Virus record (IMG/VR): IMGVR_UViG_3300033067_001247
Span: 1 to 40,236 of that record
Source: a virus
Lineage: Duplodnaviria; Caudoviricetes
Reading direction: 5' to 3' (one strand)
DNA length: 40,236 bases
Shown: piece after piece, positions 16,473-26,813 of the stretch
Numbering within the stretch: position 1 is the stretch's first letter
Layout: each line of letters starts with the position of its first letter
Position numbers and translations under genes: made by a program
The notes under the pieces: generated by a model
Seen by the model: only the letters and a program-made list of their open reading frames with translations
Told to the model about the DNA's origin: nothing
Databases searched by the model: none

Positions 16473-19081
16473 TGCCGCGTCCCGCCATTGCATTTACGCA
16501 GAAGGATTTCTCCGCCGGGCAGGTGACCGCCAACGCTGCGCGTAGCGACGACGTCAAGCTCGTCAAGATGGGACTGAAGGAGGCGACAAACCTGCGGCTG
16601 GTCAGCCCGCGCGGGTTTGCGCCGCGCTTCGGCCGGGACGTCATCTATAACGATGCCGGCCGCACCGAGACCGTGCGCTTCGGCGTCGGGCTCGAGTACC
16701 GCATCACCTTCGGCAACGGCAGCGTCAGGATTCGCGATCGCGCAACCGGCGACATCGTATTCGAGAACAGCGGCTACCCGTGGACCTTCGCGACGCTGGA
16801 TGAGATCGCTTGGGCCAGCCTTGAGCGCGAGATCGTGGTCTGCTTCCGGAATACGCAGCCGTGGGTCATCCGCTATCGAGCCGCCGTAGCGACGCAGATT
16901 TCGTATGGTGCCGGCACCCTGATCGGCAACTACCAGTATCGGGATCGTGCGTTTCTCGGTCTGACCAATCAGGCTTACGCGAACTGCGCGCAAAGGGATT
17001 CGGCGTATAGCACGGGCTTTATCGGTAAGTCGTTCTCGACGCCTCGCACGATCGGCAAGGCAGAGGTAAACGGATCGAATAATTTCGGCTATGACGCGCA
17101 GTCTCCGAACTCGACGGTGACCCTGCAGCTTTATGGCAAGCAGGGCTCGCCGCCAGCAAATGAGACCGACGGCACGCTGCTTGGGACCACCGGCAGTTTC
17201 ACCGATGGTGCGACGGCAAACCCGAAGACGCTGACGTCAAGCGATACGACGACGGAGTGGGATCATGTCTGGATTCGCTCGCAGTCCAGCGTACCGGGCG
17301 GCGCCTTCGCGGACATCGCGTTCTTTACCGCCGCGGGGTCCGAGGCTTGGACCAGCGAGCCGTTCGAGTTCGCGCAGAACGCCCACGACGTAAAGCGGCA
17401 GCCCTATTACAAATACGCGCAGTCCAATATCGCAATGCAGCCCGGGGCCACGACCGGCTCTGGGATTACGGTCAACTTCTCTGCCCCGGTTCTGGCTGCC
17501 GCGCATGCCGGCGTCTCGTTCCGGTACTGCGGGCGCGAACTGGTCTGCTCGACCTATGTCTCGCCGACGCAGGGCACCTTCGACGTCATCGAAACGCTGC
17601 CGCCGACCTACAACGTGACCGTCAACAGTACGGCGGATTTCCGTATCGGTGAAATCTGCATCGGCGCGTCGTCGGACTGCCAGGCGTTGATCGTCGATAT
17701 CACCTCGTCCACGGTGATGAAGTGCATCTATATCAAGCGCTTTGCGGGCTTCACGACGTCGGAGAAGATCACGAGCCCGAGCGGTGTCACGACGTTTACT
17801 TCGCATACCTCGACCGCCATCGCCGCCACTGCTTTCTGGGATGAGGCCATGATGTCGCCGGTGCGCGGCTGGCCGGCGTCGGTTTCGCAGGACCGCAGCC
17901 GCATCATCTTTTGCGACTTCCCGTTGGTCGGACATGTCGTCGCGGAATCCGCTATTGGTTCGTTCAATGACTTCATGCCGGGCAGCGAGGCGACGGAAGC
18001 CATCCTTGAGAATGTGCCGGGGTCGCCGCGGGTCTATCACGTCATCGGCGGACCGGATCAGATCGTGCTCACCGACAAGGGCGTGTTCTTCATCCCGATT
18101 TCGGAGAGCAATCCGCTGGTGCCGGGGTCGGTCATCTTCCGGAAGGTCGGCTCGCTCGCTGCGGGCCGGATCAAGCCGGTGGAAATGGATCAGGGCATCG
18201 TGTTCGGTGCCGCCGGTGGCAACGGCATCATCGCGGTACTGCCGACCGGGCAGAACACGCAGCCTTGGGAACTGCGCGACGTCTCCCGCTATCACGCCGG
18301 GCTCGTGAAAGGACTGCGCGCGCTCGCCGTACAGGCCGGGACCGAAGACAGTGCCGAGCAATATCTATGGGCAGTGAATGCCGACGGCAGCGTCGTCAGC
18401 GGACGTTTCGATCCGGATAACCAGTGGATCGGATTCGTGCCGGTGGCAGGGACGGGCGCGGTGCAATGGATTTCAACCTCGGGTGCAGAAGTCCTACTCA
18501 ACGTCGATTACGATCTCGGCGGCGGCAACACCACGCGGATCGTCGAGCGCATCGACGAGGATCGCTTTATCGACGCCTGCATCGACATCAACGATCCCGA
18601 TCCTTTGCTGGCGGGCGCGCCCGGCAAGGGGCCGCTCTGGATGTTTGCGGGGCTTTCGGTGGCGATCATGAAAGGTCGGAAGTATTTCGGGGCCCGCGCG
18701 GTCGACGCGAACGGCGATCTTGTCGAGGAAATCGGGGACGATTTCTCGGCATCCGGCTTCGTGGCCGGTTTCGGCTTCACGGCGCGCGCGCGGCAATACC
18801 TGCCGAATATCGACGAGGGCGAGGCCCGCGGGCAGCGGATCACGCGGCGCAAGATCAAGAAGGCCACGATCCACGTCCGCGCCGCAACCGAGTTCGATTT
18901 CATGGGGCGCACCTTCGCCGGCTACAAGGCCAGTGATCCGGGCGAGGCCGATCCGCCGCTGTGGGATGGTGCATTTTCCGGCCGCTCCCGTGGGCGGACC
19001 TATGATCCGGAAACGATCTTCGAGAAGTCGGTGCCGGGACCTTGCACGGTGTTAGAGATGGCAGGTGCCGTCACGGTGTAG
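16472..19081 (+). CDS. Tail tubular protein B/nozzle
   Basis: QKDFSAGQ N-terminus, GWPASV...RIIF; beta-propeller-type length. Confidence 0.8.
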   Translation: MPRPAIAFTQKDFSAGQVTANAARSDDVKLVKMGLKEATNLRLVSPRGFAPRFGRDVIYNDAGRTETVRFGVGLEYRITFGNGSVRIRDRATGDIVFENSGYPWTFATLDEIAWASLEREIVVCFRNTQPWVIRYRAAVATQISYGAGTLIGNYQYRDRAFLGLTNQAYANCAQRDSAYSTGFIGKSFSTPRTIGKAEVNGSNNFGYDAQSPNSTVTLQLYGKQGSPPANETDGTLLGTTGSFTDGATANPKTLTSSDTTTEWDHVWIRSQSSVPGGAFADIAFFTAAGSEAWTSEPFEFAQNAHDVKRQPYYKYAQSNIAMQPGATTGSGITVNFSAPVLAAAHAGVSFRYCGRELVCSTYVSPTQGTFDVIETLPPTYNVTVNSTADFRIGEICIGASSDCQALIVDITSSTVMKCIYIKRFAGFTTSEKITSPSGVTTFTSHTSTAIAATAFWDEAMMSPVRGWPASVSQDRSRIIFCDFPLVGHVVAESAIGSFNDFMPGSEATEAILENVPGSPRVYHVIGGPDQIVLTDKGVFFIPISESNPLVPGSVIFRKVGSLAAGRIKPVEMDQGIVFGAAGGNGIIAVLPTGQNTQPWELRDVSRYHAGLVKGLRALAVQAGTEDSAEQYLWAVNADGSVVSGRFDPDNQWIGFVPVAGTGAVQWISTSGAEVLLNVDYDLGGGNTTRIVERIDEDRFIDACIDINDPDPLLAGAPGKGPLWMFAGLSVAIMKGRKYFGARAVDANGDLVEEIGDDFSASGFVAGFGFTARARQYLPNIDEGEARGQRITRRKIKKATIHVRAATEFDFMGRTFAGYKASDPGEADPPLWDGAFSGRSRGRTYDPETIFEKSVPGPCTVLEMAGAVTV

Positions 19082-19097
19082 CGATCAGCGCCGCGAG

Positions 19098-19134
19098 GGT
19101 GCGTTGCTGCGATTTCCTGCCCGCGCGACACCGT
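19098..19134 (+). promoter_or_regulatory. GGTGCGTTG-type late promoter (ejection proteins)
   Basis: Motif at 19098-19106, intergenic. Confidence 0.68.
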
Positions 19135-19154
19135 AGCATCGACGGGAGATCGCG

Positions 19155-19583
19155 ATGCAAGGGCCGGCGCTCGGACTACTCGGAATTGGATTTCAGGTCG
19201 CTGGCGCGCTCGGAAAGGGCAAAGGTCAGTCGGACTCGCTTTCCTTTCAGTCCGAGCAGGCCGCGCGTAACGCGCGCGCCGGTCGCGTCGCTGCCGATCA
19301 GACCGACGCATTCCTGCGCGACGAACTCGAAAGCACGGTGGGCCATATCCGTGCGATCCGCGCCTCGGCCGGGATGACGGATAGCCCGACCTCGGACGCC
19401 GTGATCGAAAAGCAGGGCGAGGTTTCGGACAGCCAGCGCCGCATCAAGGTCGGCAACATGCGGGCACAGGCCGACGACGACGAGCGCTCGGCAGCGTACT
19501 TGCGGCGCGCGGCGCGGTCTTCGCTGAACCTTTCGTATCTCAGCGCCGCCGGTATCGGCATCAAAGGCATGGCGGCGAGGTAG
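19155..19583 (+). CDS. Internal virion protein (gp14-like)
   Basis: Hydrophobic Gly-rich N-terminus, A..ASAG...S motif. Confidence 0.7.
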   Translation: MQGPALGLLGIGFQVAGALGKGKGQSDSLSFQSEQAARNARAGRVAADQTDAFLRDELESTVGHIRAIRASAGMTDSPTSDAVIEKQGEVSDSQRRIKVGNMRAQADDDERSAAYLRRAARSSLNLSYLSAAGIGIKGMAAR

Positions 19584-19586
19584 CCC

Positions 19587-22500
19587 GTGGTCGATCTCCC
19601 GAAAGTCCCGCGCCGTCTCGTCACTACCGAAGCGCCGCGCTCGCGGGTATCCGGCGAAGTCGTCGGCGCGCCGATGCAGATGCTGGGCAACGCGCTCGGC
19701 ACGCTCGGCGAAGGCGTCGAGGCTGCCGGTGTCCGCATCGCCGAGGATGAGGGCCGCCGCGCCGTTACCATTGGTGAGGACGGGACGCCGAAGTTCGAGC
19801 AGATGCCGGCGTTCTCCGGCAAGGCAGGCGAAGCCTATAACCGTGTTGGCCTGAATAAATGGGCCGTCTTGATGCAGAACAAGACGGAAGACGAGGTTCT
19901 GCAGAAGCGGCTCGAGCTGCGCGGCGATCCCGAGAAGTTCGACGAATGGGGCAAGGCCTATATCGAAAAGCTCGCCACGAACGAGCCCGACGAGAAACTG
20001 CGCGACATCGTGAAGGCGCAGGCCACCAATCAGGTGCAGCAACACTACCGCGCGCTTGCGGCCGAAAAGCAGAACCTCGACATCGACAGTGCGAAGACTG
20101 GCCTTTTGCTGCGATCGCAGAAACTGGAAAACGAACTCGCGGCGCTTGCACGAACCGGCGGCACGGAGACGCCGGAATATCAGCAGCGTCTCGCCGATCA
20201 TCGCCAGATCGAAACCGAACTGACGAAGAACCCGCTTTATAAGTATCCGCCGGAACTGGCGACTGCGGCGCGGACGAAGATGGAGGCCAACCATATCGTC
20301 GAGGCCGCCATCGGCGCGATGGATGGCATCTTCACGAAGAAGGGTAAGGACGAAGCCCGCCGCCATCTCGAAGCCGTGGCGTGGCGGTCCGATCTGAACC
20401 TGAGCGCAGCGGAGCGCACGCAGCTTGTCTCGCGTGGGCTCGCGCGTCTGGAAGGCTTGACCGCGGAAACCGCCGCGCAACTGCAAGGCTTCCAGCAGGA
20501 AGTCACGCAGATCACGCAGAATTACAAGCGCGGCATCGAAATCGATCCCCGCACGCATGAGGAGCTGGTGAACCGCGCGGAACGGCTCGGCGACGTGAAG
20601 TCGGCGTTTTCGCTACGCGGGGCATATATGGAGAACCAGATTCTCCGCTCCTACCGCGCGATGCCGGATGCCTTGAAGCCGTCGTTTGTCCGCGATCTGA
20701 ACTCGGGCCTGAACCTGTCGCCGACGCAGCGCGGCATCAAGGACAAGATCGTCGCCGAGGCTGTGGCGCAGGGCATCGATCCCGCCGTCGCGACCATGGT
20801 TGCCTATCGCGAAAGCCGTCTCGACCCGACCGCTGCCAACAAATCCGGGGCCGTCGGTGTCTTCCAGCTGATGAAGCAGCAGCGCGAGCTTTATGGCGTG
20901 CCGGATGACGCCGATGCCGACACCCAGATCAAGGCCGGCATCACTTCGCTGAAGGCGCGCATCGCCGACATGACGAACCGGCTCGGTCGAGCACCGAACC
21001 CGGCGGAAGTCTATCTCGCGCACTTTCAGGGCGCGCACGGAGCCGAAACGCTGCTCAAGGCAAACCCCGACGCCTCGCTGAAGGGCACGCTCGACAGCGT
21101 GATCCCGTCGTGGCGCGGCAAGAAGGGCGAGACCTGGGGCGACGCCGTTCTGGCGGCGAACGAATGGATGCGGGCCTATCCCACGGTCGGCGGTTTCCTG
21201 CAGCGTATCCAGCAGATGGCCGGCGATGCGACGTCGCGCACCGATGCAAATGTCGCGGCGAACCCCTTTGTCGGTGCCGCGCGCGCGAATGTTGCCGGGG
21301 TCATCACGCAGGAAATGACGCAGGGCGTCTCGCAGATGGTGACGAACTTCATCGATGCCACGAAGAAACGAAACGCCGTCAACGAGGACGAACTGAATAC
21401 CTTGGTGGACTGGATCCAGATCACCGGCAAATTCGACGAAGGGAAGAAACTCGCCGAGCATCTGACGGCCTACGAGAACGGCCGCCTCGTCGCAGCGCTA
21501 CCGCAGCAGCAGCGCGATGCCTTGCTGGCTGGCCTGCAGAAGAAGGCCGAAACCACCGGCCTGACGCGTGCCGAGAGTATGGCGCAGCGCGCGATCGAGG
21601 ATCAGGTCAAGGCAGGCACGGAAAATCTCGCAGCGAACCCGCACGCCGAAGCGCCGCGGCAGGGCATCGTGACGGCGCGCCCGGATTACCTCAACGTCGA
21701 GGACCCGGCGGCGATCGAGAAGGCGCTGCCGCAGCGCGTCGCGACCGCGCGCGCGATCCAGAACCACAATCCGACGAACGGGCCGGTGGCGGCGCTCGAT
21801 ACCACGGAAATCGAACGCCTCGGTCCGGTGCTGACACAGGGCGATCCGGCGCGCGCCGCTTCCCTGCTTGGCAAACTGCATCAGGGCACATCGCCGGAAA
21901 TGTTTGCGCAGACGATCTCTCAGCCCGCTTTCAAGTCCGCACTCGAGGGCATGATCCGAACCAAAGACCCGACGCGCGTGTCTGCCGCGTTCGCAGCGCT
22001 TGATGTCGCCTATCGCGCGAACCCGGCACAGTTCGAGGCTACTTTCGGCGAAGCGTTGTACGGCAAGATGGCGGCGTGGCAGGAGAATCTGTCCTATTTA
22101 CCACCCGAGCGTGTCGTTGAGCAGATGCAGCGCGCGGACGATCCTTCGACAGCGAAAGCGCGCGCAGAAGTCGTCAAGCAATTCCGCGACGAAGCGTTGA
22201 AACTCGACAACCGTGTGGTCCTCAATGCTTTCGGCACCAGCGTCCTCGGGATTACTTTTGGAGCCGCGCAGCTTCCGGCCAATGGCGTGCAGGCCATGGC
22301 TTTCAAGCGCGAGTTCGCGAGCCTCTACGCCGAACTGCGCGCGCAGGGGGTCGATCATGAGAACGCGCTGAAGCGTTCGGTCGAGTGGCAAGGCCGCATC
22401 TGGGGCGTGTCAGCGACGAACGGCAACCAGCTGATGCGGCGTCCGCCGGAATCGTGGGCGCCGATGGTGGACGGCTCGCATGCATGGATGGGCGCCGAAG

Positions 22501-22997
22501 TGGAAGGGGCTATCGAGCGCGCTCTTGGTCCTAAGTATTCGCCAACGGTTGCAGGGGTGCGGCTGACGAAGGATGGGATGAAGCCGGACAATATTTCCCA
22601 GATTGCGAACCCACTGAACCTCGGAATCGGAGGTGCGCAGAACTGGTCGTACCAGCTCCTTGCCGACCCGCAGACGGAAAGCGAGATCGCGCGCTACAAT
22701 CAGTGGAAGGCCGCAAACCCCGGCAAGATGCCGCCGGCCGATCTCCGGCCGTCCTATCAGCTATTTGTATTCGACAAGGATCGGCGCGAAATCAATCTGT
22801 GGGAGCGGCCGGTTGATGAGATTGTACAGGACGGGCCGTTCAACATCGGCTCGGCCGCGCCTCTGAACGCGCGGCGGACGGCTGTTACCCGGTTTCGTTT
22901 CAATGGCGACGAGTTTGCTAAGGCCCAAGAACGGTTTGGGCGGAAGAGCGACGTCTACAAGCGGTGGCAGGAACTCAGCCCCGGGATGGTTCGGTAA
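19587..22997 (+). CDS. Internal virion/ejection protein with lytic transglycosylase (SLT) domain
   Basis: AVAQGIDP...RES...A....GAVGVFQLM...YLAHFQG at about 20750-21050. Confidence 0.8.
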   Translation: MVDLPKVPRRLVTTEAPRSRVSGEVVGAPMQMLGNALGTLGEGVEAAGVRIAEDEGRRAVTIGEDGTPKFEQMPAFSGKAGEAYNRVGLNKWAVLMQNKTEDEVLQKRLELRGDPEKFDEWGKAYIEKLATNEPDEKLRDIVKAQATNQVQQHYRALAAEKQNLDIDSAKTGLLLRSQKLENELAALARTGGTETPEYQQRLADHRQIETELTKNPLYKYPPELATAARTKMEANHIVEAAIGAMDGIFTKKGKDEARRHLEAVAWRSDLNLSAAERTQLVSRGLARLEGLTAETAAQLQGFQQEVTQITQNYKRGIEIDPRTHEELVNRAERLGDVKSAFSLRGAYMENQILRSYRAMPDALKPSFVRDLNSGLNLSPTQRGIKDKIVAEAVAQGIDPAVATMVAYRESRLDPTAANKSGAVGVFQLMKQQRELYGVPDDADADTQIKAGITSLKARIADMTNRLGRAPNPAEVYLAHFQGAHGAETLLKANPDASLKGTLDSVIPSWRGKKGETWGDAVLAANEWMRAYPTVGGFLQRIQQMAGDATSRTDANVAANPFVGAARANVAGVITQEMTQGVSQMVTNFIDATKKRNAVNEDELNTLVDWIQITGKFDEGKKLAEHLTAYENGRLVAALPQQQRDALLAGLQKKAETTGLTRAESMAQRAIEDQVKAGTENLAANPHAEAPRQGIVTARPDYLNVEDPAAIEKALPQRVATARAIQNHNPTNGPVAALDTTEIERLGPVLTQGDPARAASLLGKLHQGTSPEMFAQTISQPAFKSALEGMIRTKDPTRVSAAFAALDVAYRANPAQFEATFGEALYGKMAAWQENLSYLPPERVVEQMQRADDPSTAKARAEVVKQFRDEALKLDNRVVLNAFGTSVLGITFGAAQLPANGVQAMAFKREFASLYAELRAQGVDHENALKRSVEWQGRIWGVSATNGNQLMRRPPESWAPMVDGSHAWMGAEVEGAIERALGPKYSPTVAGVRLTKDGMKPDNISQIANPLNLGIGGAQNWSYQLLADPQTESEIARYNQWKAANPGKMPPADLRPSYQLFVFDKDRREINLWERPVDEIVQDGPFNIGSAAPLNARRTAVTRFRFNGDEFAKAQERFGRKSDVYKRWQELSPGMVR

Positions 22998-25900
22998 TGG
23001 GAATCGTCTTCGAGAACGATCCGGGATTGCTACGGGACTCGGCATCACTTGGGGCGGGCGAGCCCGAACCGATCAAGCAGCCCCTGCTGCTGGATACCGT
23101 CGCGGCGGCTTTCCGCGCGGTCAATCCGGTAGTCAGTCTCTATCGGTGGTCGCAGCAGGAAGCGTTCAAGCCCGAGGACGAGCACAACCCGCTGGATATC
23201 ATCCGCGACACCAAATACTTCGAGCGGCACGCCGACAACTTTCTGACGTCGCGCTCGACCGCCGAAACGTATTCGATCATGGCGCGGATCGATGCAGAAG
23301 AACGTGACCAGCAGACGCTTGCGGCGGCCGGGAATGCCGGTGTTGTCGCCTCGCTCGGTGCAAGCCTGCTTGATCCGACGATCTTCCTGCCTGCCGGTGC
23401 TGTCTATCGCTCCGCGCGCGGCGGCTACGACATCCTGCGTACGGCGCGGTCATTCATGCTCGGTGGCGCCTCGCAGGCGATCATGACGGAAGCGGTGTTG
23501 CAGGGCACGCACGAGACCTATGGCTTTTCGGATGCCGCGTTTTCGGTCGGCACCGCCGCGCTGCTCGGCGGCCTGCTCGGTGCCGGTGTAGCGCGATTGT
23601 CGCGCGCCGAAGCGGTGGTGCTGGAAACCGCATTTGCGCGGGAGCGCGAAATCCTGGGCGATCATCTGGCGGGCAATCTGCAAAAGACCGAAGCGCCTCC
23701 GGTATCGCCGTCTCGGGTACCCGAGGACGCCGGGGTAGCACCGCCAATGGCGCAGGCCGCTTCCGCAGCGGCGACAGATACCCGCACGCTCAACGTGACT
23801 TCCTACGGTTTCGATAAGGTGCCGGTCGTGCGAGACGTCGTGAAGCGGCTGTTTCCCGATCTTCGGGTGTACCAGTCGCAGGGCACGGCTGCCCGTCGTG
23901 CCATGGCTGATCTCGCCGAAACCGCCTTGCTGTTCGACGAAAACCTTGCGGGCCGCACGACGACTATGCGCGGTGGTCCGGCGCTGAACCGCGAAGCGTT
24001 GATGTTCGCCGACGGCATGCGCGTGAAATGGAACGACGAACTGACCCGGCTCTGGTCGGAAGTAAAATACGGCAACGCCGATCAGTCGTTCCCGCATCTG
24101 CGCGAATTTGTCGGCAACTTGTCCGGCAGTCCGAAAGGGCTGACCTTCGATCAGTTTAAGCGCGAGGTCTTCGACGCGCTCAACAAAGGCGACCGGCACG
24201 AAATCCCGCAGGTGCAGGCCGCGGCACAATTCATCCGCAAGAACCTTTTCGACACGATGTCGGCGCGCGCCGAGAAGGCGATCCCCGAGTTCAGGATGTG
24301 GCAGGGCAACGACGGCGAAAGCTATGCCCCGCACATGCCGGACAAAGACAAGATCAACGCGAACCGGCCCGAGGTTGTGGAAGACATCACGCGGTACTAC
24401 GTCGCCGATCAGGAACAGAAGCGCGCAATCCAGCAGCGTCTTGATTTTCATCACGCGCAATTACAGAGCTGGAACAAGCAGATCGCGAAACTCGAAGCGA
24501 GACTTGAGCGAGCAACAGCAAAAGAAGCTGAACTGGATATCCGCCGGGCAGAACGCAGCGGCGAAGCGGCCCGCACCGAGAGGCGCGCGGAGACGCTGGA
24601 AGAACGCACGGCGAGAATTGCGTCCGAAGCGGCCGACCTCGATGAAGCCATCGAGTTGATGCAGGAACTTGTTAGGCGAAGCCCGAACCTGAGCGATACT
24701 CTGCGGAGAGCGATTGAACAGGTCGAGCGCCGTTACGCGACGCTTCGTGTGGAGAAGGCGCGCGGCAAAGAAGCCAGTTCGAATGCGCGCGTCAATGAAC
24801 GCCGCCTCCAGAAACTCGAAGAACGTTTGCAGGATGCCGAGGCCCGAAAAGAATTGCTGGAGGAAATGGATGTTATCGCGCGTGAGTTTCATGCCGAGGT
24901 CCGCGCCAAGATCGAGGATGATCTGGCCAAGTGGGAAGGCAAGTCCACGCAGGAAGCCAAGGCCGCGCTGAAAGCACGCGAGAAATATGCGGCAGAGAAA
25001 GGCCGTGCAGCCGACGCGCCGCGCCTGACGTCCGCCGACGATGCCGTCGATCGTGCGGTGAAGCGGATCCTGAAATCGGATCGCGAACTACCGATCGATG
25101 ATCTGCGTGCTCGCGCCGAGGAAACCGTAGATCGCTGGATCGGCGGTCCCGACGGCCGCCTGCCTTATGACGTCTCCGTGGGCTATGCCGAACGAGGACC
25201 GACCGGCGGCGGCGATCTCCGCGGCTCGCTCAACGAGCGCGAGTTCAATCTGCCTTATGACGTCAAGCGGAAGTGGCTGGTCGATGATGTCGAGGATGTC
25301 GTCGGCGGCTATCTGCGCTCCGTCGTGCCGGACGTGCTGATCGCCGAACGCTTCGGCGACATCCGCATGAGCGAAGTCTTTCGCTCGCACAACGAGGAAT
25401 ATGCCGCGCTGATCGCGGAGGCCAAGGGACCGAAGGAGCGTATGGCGCTTGCGAAGGAGCGTGATCGGGTAACGGCCGATCTCGCCGCGATCCGCGACCG
25501 CATCCGCAACGTCTACGGCTTCTCGCAGGACGTCCAGATGAGGAACGCCGCCCGCATCGCTTCGGCGGCAAAGCGCGTCAACAATCTCGTCTCCGGCGGC
25601 ATGATGGCGGTGTCGTCGCTGCCGGACATGGCTGGCGTCGTTTTCCGCCACGGCTTCGAAAGTGCCTTTGCGGACGGCTGGGGGCCGTGGATGAGGGCTA
25701 TCGGTAGCAAGGAAACCGCGGAGGCGATCAAGAAGCAGGGCCGCGAGTTCCGGGCGTTTGCAATCGGTGTCGAAACCGCGATCGCGAGCCGCCAGCGCAG
25801 CATCGACGACATCACGGAGATGTATCGCTCACAGTCCCGCGTCGAACGCGCGCTGGAAGCCGTGACCGACAAGTTCTTCGTCGCTAATCTGCTGGCACCC

Positions 25901-26770
25901 CTGACGGATTTCCAGAAGCGTGTTGCGGCCTCCGTGGCGTCGGCAAATCTCCTGCGCGCGGCCGAGGCGACCGTCGCCGGCAAGGCGACGAAGGCGCAGA
26001 CACGACTGCTCGGCGAGTCCAACATCAACCCCGCGATGGCCGATAAAATCTGGCGCGAGTTTCAGGCCGCAGGCGAAACCATCGATGGCGTGCATATTCC
26101 GAATACCGGCGACTGGAAGGCGGCGGATGCCGTGTCGGCATTCCGCGGGGCTGTCGCCCGTGACGTCGATATCGCCGTCATAACACCGGGGCAGGAAAAG
26201 CCGCTCTGGATGAGCAATCCTGTTCTGGGCGTGCTCGGGCAGTTCAAGACCTTCATGGCGTCTTCGACTTCCCGCATCATGCTCGCGAACCTTCAGCGGC
26301 ATGATGCCACCGCTTTGCAGGGCCTCGTGTTCTCGGTCGGCCTCGGCATGCTGGCCTATCGTCTGCACACCTTCGCGTCGGGCCAGCCGGTATCGGAGCG
26401 GCCGCAGGACTGGATCAAGGAAGGATTGTCGCGCTCCGGCGTCATCGGCTGGCTCGAGGAAGGCAACGCCATCGCCTCGAAGGGCAGCCGCGGTGCCGTG
26501 GACATCTACCGTCTCATCGGGGCCGACAAGCCGCTGTCGAGATACGCGAACCGCAACGCCGCCGATCTCGTGCTCGGGCCTACTTGGGGCAAGATCCAGA
26601 ACCTGCTTCGCGTGACCGGCGCGGCCGGGGCCGGCGAGTGGACCGAAGGCGATACCCATGCGCTGCGGCTGCTCTTTGCGACGCAGAACCTTCTCTATAC
26701 CCGCATGCTGTTCGACGCCGCAGAGAAGGGCGTCAATTCCGCCTTCGGCATCCCGGTGAAGGCGCAGTAG
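22997..26770 (+). CDS. Large internal virion/ejection protein (gp16-like)
   Basis: About 1257 aa helical protein; LLDPT and QFKTF motifs; position. Confidence 0.75.
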   Translation: MGIVFENDPGLLRDSASLGAGEPEPIKQPLLLDTVAAAFRAVNPVVSLYRWSQQEAFKPEDEHNPLDIIRDTKYFERHADNFLTSRSTAETYSIMARIDAEERDQQTLAAAGNAGVVASLGASLLDPTIFLPAGAVYRSARGGYDILRTARSFMLGGASQAIMTEAVLQGTHETYGFSDAAFSVGTAALLGGLLGAGVARLSRAEAVVLETAFAREREILGDHLAGNLQKTEAPPVSPSRVPEDAGVAPPMAQAASAAATDTRTLNVTSYGFDKVPVVRDVVKRLFPDLRVYQSQGTAARRAMADLAETALLFDENLAGRTTTMRGGPALNREALMFADGMRVKWNDELTRLWSEVKYGNADQSFPHLREFVGNLSGSPKGLTFDQFKREVFDALNKGDRHEIPQVQAAAQFIRKNLFDTMSARAEKAIPEFRMWQGNDGESYAPHMPDKDKINANRPEVVEDITRYYVADQEQKRAIQQRLDFHHAQLQSWNKQIAKLEARLERATAKEAELDIRRAERSGEAARTERRAETLEERTARIASEAADLDEAIELMQELVRRSPNLSDTLRRAIEQVERRYATLRVEKARGKEASSNARVNERRLQKLEERLQDAEARKELLEEMDVIAREFHAEVRAKIEDDLAKWEGKSTQEAKAALKAREKYAAEKGRAADAPRLTSADDAVDRAVKRILKSDRELPIDDLRARAEETVDRWIGGPDGRLPYDVSVGYAERGPTGGGDLRGSLNEREFNLPYDVKRKWLVDDVEDVVGGYLRSVVPDVLIAERFGDIRMSEVFRSHNEEYAALIAEAKGPKERMALAKERDRVTADLAAIRDRIRNVYGFSQDVQMRNAARIASAAKRVNNLVSGGMMAVSSLPDMAGVVFRHGFESAFADGWGPWMRAIGSKETAEAIKKQGREFRAFAIGVETAIASRQRSIDDITEMYRSQSRVERALEAVTDKFFVANLLAPLTDFQKRVAASVASANLLRAAEATVAGKATKAQTRLLGESNINPAMADKIWREFQAAGETIDGVHIPNTGDWKAADAVSAFRGAVARDVDIAVITPGQEKPLWMSNPVLGVLGQFKTFMASSTSRIMLANLQRHDATALQGLVFSVGLGMLAYRLHTFASGQPVSERPQDWIKEGLSRSGVIGWLEEGNAIASKGSRGAVDIYRLIGADKPLSRYANRNAADLVLGPTWGKIQNLLRVTGAAGAGEWTEGDTHALRLLFATQNLLYTRMLFDAAEKGVNSAFGIPVKAQ

Positions 26771-26771
26771 C

Positions 26772-26806
26772 GGTGCGTTGCTGGCGCTTCGCGGCAGCGG
26801 CACTTT
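26772..26806 (+). promoter_or_regulatory. GGTGCGTTG-type late promoter (tail fibre)
   Basis: TTGCTG-17-CACTTT; ATG follows 7 nt later. Confidence 0.72.
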
Positions 26807-26813
26807 CGCCGCC

